From Parasitella parasitica NRRL 2501 (taxonomy: Eukaryota; Fungi; Mucoromycota): a stretch of 64,000 nucleotides of DNA. The stretch is from positions 519,195-583,194 of the forward strand of contig MU619237.1 of the NCBI GenBank assembly GCA_025201805.1. The letters are read 5' to 3'. The notes beneath the pieces were generated by a model. The model was not told the DNA's origin. It was given only the letters and a program-made list of their open reading frames with translations, and ran no database searches. Position 1 is the stretch's first letter. Each line of letters begins with the position of its first letter. The translations under genes were made by a program, and so were the position numbers. This document shows, piece by piece, positions 54,118 to 64,000 of this stretch.

Positions 54118-54355
54118 TAAAGTTTTCCGTGCATGTGCTGAGAAGTCGCAAATCTTGAATTGGACGTTTCTCAAGATTTCTCTGAATAGGGGTATTACGA
54201 TACATCTGAAATTAACAATAATCCATCAGGTGCGCTCAATATTCAACAGATACAATCTCTAGTGTGGGCAGTTCCGCCCACTTCCACCACAACAACCATT
54301 TTAAGCCCAGGAAACTGATATTGCAAAACTTTTTTTTTATTCTTTTATCATTTCC

Positions 54356-56022
54356 ATGGAAAATCCGGTAACTGCAGTAGATGCTACGAGCAGCAGCATG
54401 AACGAAAACGAAGCTATACCCGTGGGGGACGATATGACAGTAGCCACCGGCTATACTGTCTTTTTCCCCGATTTTACTGAGCCATGCACGTTGATCAGCT
54501 CAACCGGTGATAGATACAACGACACTATACGCAATAGTCTTGCCAAAGATGCACACATAATCCAGCAAAGAGTCGATTTAGAGCATCAATCGTCAAACAA
54601 CGACTTTTTCCGTAACGCTAAATGGTACCAAGACTTTTTATATTTAACCGAAAATAAAGCTAATCAAATTGGCAGGTCGCCCGATGGATCTTGTTTACTG
54701 ACAAATAATGCAGATGATGTCCTTCGCCTATTTCAATTGTAATAGTGATGCATCCGTTGTAATGCGATTCTTTGTAGCCACTAATCTATTTTACGCTAGG
54801 CCTGCCAATGTGTACCAAGACAGCGAGCATGGAAATTCGGTCTTGCCTATGACGGCGACACTGGGCATCCGAGAGGGAGAGTCAGTATACGATTTTGCCT
54901 GGTTTCCATTGATGAATGCTCAAGGTAAGCCATGAGTCTTTTTTTTTTTTTTTTCACTAAACCTGCACTTGGAGCTGAACATTGCTTGCAGATGCTTCGA
55001 CATGTTGTTTTATTACATCTGTGCGAGATCACCCTGTTCAACTTTGGGATTATACTGGGGCTGTGCGAGCATCTTATCGAGCTATCGACCACTGTGAGCG
55101 ATTTATAGGGCCTAATGTGCTTGCATTCAATTTAGACGGATCAAAGTGAGTGTTGTGAATGGTATTTTGGCTGGTTTTATAAAGATGCAAAGGGGCGACT
55201 GACAGCAGCATTCTAGAATTTATTGCGGCTATGAGAATATGGTCGAGATTTTTGACGTTCAAACGGGCGACAGCACCAAACACCCTACCATCCCCAAGCG
55301 CAAAACAAAAAAAGGACAAAAGGGCATTATTTCGTGCATTGACTTTAGTACGGATGGTCTCTATGCGGCGGGATCATACAGTCAGTCGATTGGCATCTAT
55401 GATCAACATAACAATGAGCTTTGCCTGAAGCTTACAGGGCTTGATGGAGGGGGGCCCACTCAGGTACAGTTTTCAAAAGACGGCCTGTATTTGTATTCAG
55501 CATCTAGACACAGTAATAGTATACTGTGCTGGGATATTCGTGATTCAGCCAACGTCCTGTTCGAATTGCCTCGTCCTGGTAAAACAAACCAACGCATGCA
55601 ATTCGATATAGACGCCACTGGGAAGCATCTCATGACAGGCGACATTCGAGGAAACGTATTGATATACGACATTTCTACAGCAGCTGCAGAAGACATTGAG
55701 ACAAAACAAAGACTACTAACATCGTTCAAAGCACACGATGGTAAAAAATTTGCAACATTATTATATTATGGGTTATAGTAACGCTAGTGTTGTAGACATT
55801 ACTTCGTGCGCGACGTTCAACCCTGTGTATCCTGTCATTGCAACGTGCTCGGGCCAGCGTAAATTTGTATTGCCTTGTGCAGACAGTGACGACGAACAAG
55901 AAGAAGGGGATGACGATGATGAGCTCATTATAGATAATACATTAAAGACATGGCGAATGAATGGCCACCATGAGTGGTTTCCATACGAGAATGCAGCAAC
56001 AGAACAAGAGCTACAGCAGTAA
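54356..56022 (+). CDS. WRAP53: WD40 protein TCAB1/WDR79/WRAP53 (SWT21-like), 6 exons
   Basis: 'KW|SPDGSCLLT', 'EGESVYDFAWFP', 'RDHPVQLWD', 'KGQKGIIS', 'TNQRMQFD', 'ATCSGQRKF'. Confidence 0.88.
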
Positions 56023-56095
56023 AAAAAAAAAAAGCATTATACCAAATTGTACATATCAATAAATCTCTCTCTTTCTCTCTCCTTTTGTTTATTAC

Positions 56096-57411
56096 TCAAC
56101 ACAACTCATATTGTGGATCAAACAAGGTACTAACGCTTTCGCCGAAATGTATTCTTCTAATAGCCTCTGCAAATAAAGGAGCCACTGGCAAGATCAAGAA
56201 TTTGCTACATTTTTGGGTGTGCTGATCCTGTGGCACAGAGTCGCTGACAATGACATGGTCCAAATAACTCTGCTGGATCCTCTCGACAGCATCACCTGAT
56301 AACACGGCATGTGTGATGAGTGCATATATTTTAGTGGCCCCATTTTCATGCAACAACTTGGCCGCCTTGGTGATTGTGAACGAGGTGTCTGCAATATCGT
56401 CAATCAAGATACAGACCTTGTCACGTACATCGCCCACCAGCATCAAATCATGCTTCTGAGGCTTGTCAGGGCGGCGGCGCTCTTTATGGATCAGGGCAAA
56501 ATCCATGTGTAATTTCTCGGCAATACTAGTCGCCCGCTTTGCACCGCCGGCATCAGGGGAAACGATAACGGCCTCGCCGTGGTTGGGTATGTTGCGATAA
56601 ATGTATTTGCCCATTGAAGGCAACGAAGACAGGTTGTCTACAGGGCAGTCAAAGAAACCTTGAAACTGACAAGGGTTAGTCAAAATGATAGTATATAGCC
56701 GAAATGCAGTTTCCTTACTTGAGGATCATGCAAATCCATGGTGATGATATGATCTGCGCCTGCACATGTCAACAATTCGGCAATCAAAGTGCCCGACCGA
56801 ACAACCCATTGCTTGTATCCATCATTTGTGTTGCTGTTTTGCTGGTAGAGCTGCTGGATAGCAGAACTAGTGATGCCTCTATTATTATTATTATTGCTAT
56901 TATTATTATTAGTGCCGTTGTGGCCGCCCAACATGATTTGATGTCCAAGGTCTAGGTCGCTCGACAACCTTGAAAAGGCCGTGTTCGGAACAGCAGGTTG
57001 AAACGGATTATCGGCGTATTCGTTTTTAGGTGTCGACGGCATAGTTTTGGGGGTGGAAGGCACTGTCATGGGCGGAGGGCGGATGAATGGAGCGCCAGAG
57101 CGTTTGAAAGGAGCGTCAGGCTGCCTGGAGTAAGGAAAGAAAGGAATAACAGCGGTAACTTTTCTAGCTGAAGCAGTTTTACAGGCTTGAATCATAATGC
57201 ACAGTTCAAAGAAATTGTCGTTAACATGTCCACTGCCTGATTGGACAATGTAAACGTCTTGCTCACGAACAGACTCGTATAATTCAACGCTGGTTTCGTT
57301 GTTGCTGAATTTGGAAAGACGAGATTTACCAGGTTCAATACCAAGACGATCGCATATTTCTTGCACAAGTTGAGGATGAGAAGAGCCTCCAAATACAATT
57401 GGGCCTCTCAT
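56096..57411 (-). CDS. Ribose-phosphate pyrophosphokinase with a long insertion (Prs5-like)
   Basis: [22 protein letters not shown]|[25 protein letters not shown]. Confidence 0.95.
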
Positions 57412-57557
57412 GTTTTATTGATGCTTTTGCGAGAACAAAAGAAAAAGAAAGGAAGATTTTTCTGTGTTACTATTTGCGTAAAGTTGTTTTATACTAAAGC
57501 TGGTTTATTAAATGAGAGAAATAAGCCATCCCCATGCTATTGGACAGCTGCAGGAAT

Positions 57558-58092
57558 TCACAGTTTGCCCTTGCCCACCAGCCGCCTGAAAATGCCGTCT
57601 AACCTTGTGGCTAAATCCATCCTTCCTTTAATTTTCAGCTTACCCAACATGAAGGCTCGTTGACCTATGCAGGATACACACATTTAGTATCTAATATGCA
57701 GACACGTAGCTGCTCTCCTTGCTTACCACTCAGCCTTCCTTTGACAAGATCCACAAAATCGCCATCACAAACATACAGAACCACATCGGGGGATAATGAC
57801 TCATTCAATAAAAAATCACCTCGAAGCACTAGACCATCTCTTTTCAAATCAAGAGCATACATTTTTTCAGTTTTTGTTTGGCCGTTCTTTATGACGAATG
57901 CAAACACTCCGGATATCTGTGCAATTTGGTTTTAATAAGCAACTATATATCTCGCTATGCACTGATTGTTACTTGATCCAGAAGCTTGGATTTATCGCTT
58001 TTTTTTAACGATTGCAAGGCAGTCTCCAGGTATTTAAATACAGCATCACTCTTGAAGTCTGCTTGATTGACACTTGGAGCAGTTGAAGACAT
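57558..58092 (-). CDS. SCP2 sterol carrier / fatty-acid-binding protein (3 exons)
   Basis: 'FKSDAVF', 'DGDFVDLVKGRLS|GQRAFMLGKLKIKGRMDLA', PTS1-like C-terminal GKL. Confidence 0.85.
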
Positions 58093-58171
58093 GAGCAAAA
58101 AGAGTAAAGCACGGAAGAGAAAGGTGAGAAAATGCGTTGCATAAAACATAACCACATGATTTTATTTATGG

Positions 58172-58865
58172 TCAAACGCGGGCAGCAACCCAAATGGCAG
58201 ATTTACAACCCTGTTTGATAACAGCACTCAATAGACTATGAAAAGGCGCTTGGCGTGCATTGTGATCTACAGCAATATCATGGTGCTCCAGCTCATCGTC
58301 TCGGCATTTTGCAACAGTCTACATGGTTTGGTTTTCAGCAGAATGGATAAAGGAATGCACTCATTATTTACTCGTCATTTACCTTGGATAAATAGTCCAA
58401 CTGCTTATTGGGGTTGTTAAATGCATGCAATTCTCTCAGCTGCTCATTGTAATGTTCGCCTATTACGGTCTCCACTGCCTCGGTGCAGGCCATGGCTGCT
58501 TCCTTTCCAATCAGGGCAGTGCTGGCGCCAACAAAGAAGCCTGCAGCCTTCCAAATGGGCCTCAATAAACTTGGCCTCACACGATGTTCGCCTATCAAAT
58601 CACTGAAAAGCTCCAGATGATGTCTTTCTTGGTCCCACATCATTTCAAGCAAAGGACGCAGTTTGGGATCCCCACCCAATACTGCAATTTGGCCCTTGTA
58701 AATGTAGTAGGCGCCTACTTCGCCAGACTGGTCAATGCGGATCATGCTGGAAATGACATTTTTCTCGTGCTGCGTCAAGTTCCGCTCGGAAGGCGTATTG
58801 AGTGTTGTGGATAAAGAACGGCAAGATTTGACAATAATGGTAGAAACTCTAGGAACGGCCAGCAT
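58172..58865 (-). CDS. COQ7: 5-demethoxyubiquinone hydroxylase
   Basis: IRIDQSGEVGA, WDQERHH, AMACTEAVETVIGEHYNEQLR, RDDELEHHD di-iron motifs. Confidence 0.95.
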
Positions 58866-59205
58866 CTTTTTCACTTGGTTATTATTTTTATTTTTTTGGG
58901 TGAACAGAGGAAAGAGAGCTTATTTTTTGACAGTTTCTGCTGCATTTCAAACCCTTTCTAGAATCGAACCACTTTAAAGAAATAGTCTATATTGGCAGGA
59001 GCCTGCCTAAAATCGCCGAATAAGTACTTTTTAGCCATGACAAGGTGCTTTTTCGTGGTTTTCTCAGGTCGTAATGCAGCCAGCTAATGACTGGTGCCTC
59101 TCAAAAATCTTTTAAATCTACACGGAAACTCGGTCTACATGGTCAAAACATGGCGGACGTTCGATTTATTCAATAAATAAAATGCATGGCCAAGCAAAGC
59201 ATGGT

Positions 59206-60073
59206 TTAATCTGTCTTCTTGACACCAGCAACATCATGAGCGTGTTTCTTTAATTGCCGAAGAGAACCTATGCCGAAAATTAAGGAGCTCAATGTCCATT
59301 TGACTGTAGTCATAGGAGAGTACCAGCCTCTACGAATACATGTAGCCAGCGCATATGACCCTTCAATTAGATGCACGGCTGCCAAAACCTTCCACAGATT
59401 ACAGATCAGAACTGGACCCAGTTTGTTACGCAGTTGCAATACTTGAGCAGGGAATTGTCGTTGAAAATAGTCGTCAGTTCCCCAAGCCAACAAGGTAATC
59501 ACACCCATGCCGACTCCGACAATAATCATTGCTCTGTTCTTGGGCAAGTAGAAACTATTTAACGGTACCTGGGGTTCTGGAGGTGTATAGACGTCGGTAG
59601 AAGCAACGATTGCCTTTGCGATTGCCATGATTGGAGGTGGTCCTGCTAGCGAGCTTGGCTTTGAAAAAAGTAATGGTGGGTTAATAAAAGCTAATTGAGG
59701 TCCCATCGATTTATAATACCAATCCTAAAGCTTCTTCGGCCTCTTTAGCCATAGCTTCCAACACGGGACGGATATCTTGTCTTTTTAGTAATGGTGTTTT
59801 GAATGGAATAGTTACTTGGTGTATCTGGCTATCATTGGGCAAATGATAATCCAATGTGAAGCTGCGAGAATCGAGGCTTTTGAAGATTGCTTTTGTTGCG
59901 TTGTCAATACGACCAAAATATCTCACATAAGCGAGATTGGTAGCTGTAAGTCGCACGAAGTGATGATTAGCCGATATTTCTGATATGCTAGACAGTTTAG
60001 GTATACAGATACCTTCGTGAACGCTCATATAAGCCGAGATTGGTGCACTGTGAGGAGCAATAGGATCAGACAT
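59206..60073 (-). CDS. DUF2470-domain integral membrane protein (TMEM254-like C-terminus)
   Basis: MSDPIAPHSAPISAYMS, 'VTIPFKTPL..R..L..M..EA', TM helices, 'HLIEGSYA...KWTLSSLIFG'. Confidence 0.7.
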
Positions 60074-60552
60074 TTTCTTGGAACAAGGATTAATTAAAGA
60101 AAAAAAAAAGAGACGCTGGTGTATATATACTTTGATGTTACATAATGTGTTTCCTTGTGAGATTAAATAGTCCAGAAAAGGGAGGGCAGCTATAACTTTT
60201 ATCAAGTGAATAAACTGATTTTTTTTCTTCATATGAAGCCCAAGGTTGTTTTTTCTTTCATGATATGTTTGCAGGAATGGACAGCACATCTTTGACAGAT
60301 GGCAAACTGAGGGCACATTGGGTCATAAACTTGGACGCAATTTGTCTCGAAACTATCGCCTTACAGCTGATTACAACCGACATTGGGTCCACATGCAACT
60401 CTTCCATGTCAAAGGGAAAGACTGGAAGTTTCATTTGGTCATGGCACATCCATGTAAAAAGAAAGACACGCCACTTGAAAAATCCAAAACTTCATTGCGA
60501 GAAAAGTTCCTGATTTGGTCTCTTTTTTTACACAAGAACGTAGACAAAATAA

Positions 60553-62817
60553 ATGTATCTTCGTCGTTTGTTTACATTTGTTTCTTCTTCTCATTTCATC
60601 GCCAGGCGCCAACAACCAAGACAACCGTTTGTCAGCATGTCAACACTATCTCAACGTTATTTTGCTGATGAAAACGCACCCTATTCTCTATTAGAAGCAA
60701 AGCCCTTCTTTGAAACTCTTTCCACTAAAGAAAAGAAATACGCCCACTTTATGTCGCGTGCTGCATTTGAAGGCACTCGCATCCTCATTGACCAGACCAA
60801 CCCCAATGCTTTGCCCATATACAAACTCATACTCGAGTTGTTTACCGATAAGCAAGGGGACATGATTGAAACTGATGCTTTATGCAGAGCAAGGTGAGTT
60901 GAACAACACACCCTGAAGCTAAAAATCACCATTAATAGCCTAAAACTAGCGAGGTATCGCCAGAAACATTTGAGCAGTTTCTCCAATACTCTGCTCAATT
61001 CTTAGGGAACCAAAGCAACTACAAGTCATTTGGCGACGAAAAATTTATTCCTCGCTTAAGCAGCCAAGATTTTGAAAAGATAGTGCGTGCGTCTGGGTCC
61101 AACGAAGCAATTGTTCTCTTTGATCAATGCAAAAGCGAGATTTTCAGCGTAGAACCTGTTGCTCGCAATCTACTTGGTTTTCCTCAAGAAGGCCATGTTT
61201 CCGGTTATTATTCCGCAAATGTAAACAACGACGACATCAAACTGGTCCAAGGGTTTCTGGAAAAGGAACGAATTGATCCCTTAAATACTCGATTATTCAA
61301 AGACAAGCAAGGCGATTTCAAGCTTGTCATTGCTGCAGCCGAAGAGGAATTTGAAGAAAAAGTTCACATTCTAGAGAATGGCAGCAAGATCACAATTAGC
61401 TATACCGATTTCCAGCAGCCCATGAAGAAGGTTGCTCAGGCTATTCACGACGCAATTCCTTATGCAGTAAACGCAACACAAAAGAGCATGTTAGAATCGT
61501 ACTACACTACTTTCAGAAACGGGTCAATGCAGGCCTTTGTTGATTCCCAGCGTTATTGGTTACAGGACCTCAGCCCTCGTGTCGAGACTAACATTGGATT
61601 TATTGAGACTTATCGTGATCCTCAAGGTGTTCGTGCTGAATGGGAAGGATTCGTTGCTATGGTCAATGAGGAACAAACTCGCAAATTCAATAGACTTGTG
61701 GATAATGCTCCGCTTTTTGTATCTCGTTTGCCCTGGACAGCTGAATTTGAGAGAGAAACGCTAAATAAGCCTGATTTTACGTCTTTGGAAGTATTGTCTT
61801 TTGCTACTGGTGGCATACCTGCAGGAATTAACATTCCCAACTTGACAGAACTGACTCAAGTATACGGATCAAAAAATGTGTCTTTGGGTAACGTCATTTC
61901 AGCCAAAGCTCCCAACGAAAAGTTTCCATTTATACGCCAGGAAGATCTGCAACTGTACAAAGATTATCGTAACCCTTCCTTTGAGGTTCAGGTTGGTACT
62001 CATGAATTGGGCCATGGCACTGGGAAGTTATTCTCTGAAGATGAGAATGGTAAGCTCAATTTCGATATTGAGTCTGTCGTTAACCCCATCACTGGAGAAC
62101 CCATCAAAACGTGGTACAAACCTGGGCAAAACTTTAACTCAAAATTCAAGAGTATTGCGTCTAGCTACGAAGAATGCCGTGCTGAATGTATCGCGTTATC
62201 ACTTTCACCTCATGAGGATATTCTCAAAATCTTCAACTATGAAGGTCAAGAAGCTGAAGATATTTTGTACATCATGTACCTGAACATGGCTAGAGCTGGT
62301 CTTACTGCTCTCGAGTTTTATAATCCTGATGCCAAGAAGGTATGTATTTGCGGTTTTTATTTTTGGGTGTCTGATAATTGATATTTTCTTTGCTATACAG
62401 TGGGGACAAGCACATATGCAAGCACGCTATGCCATTATGAATGTCATGTTGGAGGCAGGCGAGGGCTTTTTGCAGTTCAAACCCTGCACTGTAGACGGAA
62501 AGGACAGTTTAGAGATTTATTTAGATAGGAGTAAAATCAGATCAGTGGGCGCATCTGCTGTATCCAAGTTTTTGACCAAATTACAAATCTTTAAAGCAAC
62601 AGCAGATGAAGTTAATGGCACTCAACTTTATATGGATGCCACAAGTGTACCTGAAAGATGGAATTCCATTCGTGATACAGTCATTAGCTCCAAACAGCCT
62701 CGCAAAGTATTTGTTCAAGCTAATACCGTCCTGAACCAAGATGATCAAGTAGAGTTGAGAGAATATGAGCCATCTGCCACCGGCATGATTCAGAGTTTTG
62801 TAGAGCGATGTGTATAG
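60553..62817 (+). CDS. DPP3: Dipeptidyl peptidase III (M49), 3 exons; possible second start at 60637
   Basis: NYKSFGDEKFIPR, ETNIGFIETYRDPQGVRAEWEGFVA, IPAGINIPN, HELGH, EECRAE, WGQAHMQAR. Confidence 0.95.
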
Positions 62818-63679
62818 TTTTCCACGGATTTTATCAAAATTAAAATAAACGTAGGATTCGATACTTCATGTACCGTGCAATGATAAATTCCGCGTAATTA
62901 TCAGAAGAGTCATCTATATTCATTTTGGAACTTTGCGATAGCGTATAGCAATGCAAGAGAAATTATCTCAATCGGCTGGTGTTTCTTGACCGTTCAACAT
63001 CGCAGATCATGCTATCAAACAAGGGAAAATAATACTATATACGGTAGACTGGATGGCATTTAACTCAAGCAAAAGTTTAAGTGCGTAAAAAGTGATTCTG
63101 ATATTACATTTTGCACATTGATTCAAATTAAGGTATAATCTTTAAAATAGACCATCACTAGCTTTGTACCTGGCAAATTAATAGTCTTTATTACTTTCTC
63201 ATCTCTGTTTATAACTTTATCGATATCGATATTTTTATGGGCAGAAATGCTTTTCAGGTTCGATTGCGGCTCTACTACTCAGATTCTTTAGCTGAAGTTA
63301 TGAGCAAATGTTTGAGATTATAAAAATCAAACCTGTTTTCGTACGAATGAAATGGTACCTTTTTTTGTCATATCACTCTATGCATGCTGAAATACATTCC
63401 AAGATCTGGTAATTTCACTCCTCATATGAGTTTTTGTACCTATTTGATATCTGGTTTCAGGGTTGATGATAATCAACAATGACAATTCATACCGTATTAT
63501 ATGTTTAGGATATAGATCGAATCTTAGCGGTAATGTATTATACTCTGTATAATACATCATAAAGCGAGCATGAGTAGAAATGCTTGGTACAATGGAATGA
63601 CTTTATTTAGACCTGAGAAAGTTAAATCACGTGATTCTATTTCAAACTCCGATACGAAAAACAAAAAAACGTTTGATAG

Positions 63680-63945
63680 AGACATTGCCCAGTGGAAAGC
63701 AAGTTATGCTCATATAGCGATGATCATGCCTGTATTTATGGCGCATAAGACAGGGATTTATTTGCTTTTTATGGAAGCGTATGATGGATTATATGCAATT
63801 CTGATATGTAAAATTGTGATATCATGTGATAACTTTATGGTTAGTAATAAAAACATGGAAGCCAACGTTGTTGCCAGATAGAGGTGAGTCAACGCCAAGT
63901 TTTCCAAGTTAGATCATGGTTCTACGGTGATTTTAGCAAAAGTTA
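63680..63945 (+). repeat. About 265-bp dispersed repeat (copy of 28620-28884)
   Basis: Near-identical inverted match. Confidence 0.95.
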
Positions 63946-64000
63946 TTAGCAAATATGTGATATTTATGATAAATATTGAAAAATAAAACTGGTTTTGCAG

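Overview
Eukaryotic, AT-rich, gene-dense fungal DNA with many short (about 50-100 nt) introns. The gene content (a CotH protein, an intronless F-box gene, Mucor-type transposase remnants) points to Mucorales. About 23 protein-coding genes are recognisable: SIP5-like RING, NUD1/Cdc11-like LRR, SH3BGR-domain coiled-coil protein, PheRS beta, a multi-OB-fold protein, a GPI wall protein, two protein kinases, CotH, NAD kinase, nicotianamine synthase, ATP10, TMF1/SGM1, UMP-CMP kinase, RPS23, SIS1, F-box, TCAB1/WDR79, PRPP synthetase, SCP2, COQ7, a DUF2470 membrane protein and DPP III. Mobile DNA includes an internally deleted Helitron, a 3-kb TIR/TA-bounded Tc1/mariner derivative carrying cargo, probable Fanzor/TnpB remnants and a dispersed 265-bp repeat. 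The most unusual signals are a minor-spliceosome AT-AC intron plus two GC-AG introns in one gene, a DPP III with HELGH instead of HELLGH, a plant-like nicotianamine synthase, the Fanzor-like fossil and the cargo-carrying Tc1 element. Gene models were spliced by eye and family calls rest on recalled motifs; no searches were run. No tRNA, rRNA or CRISPR array was recognised.
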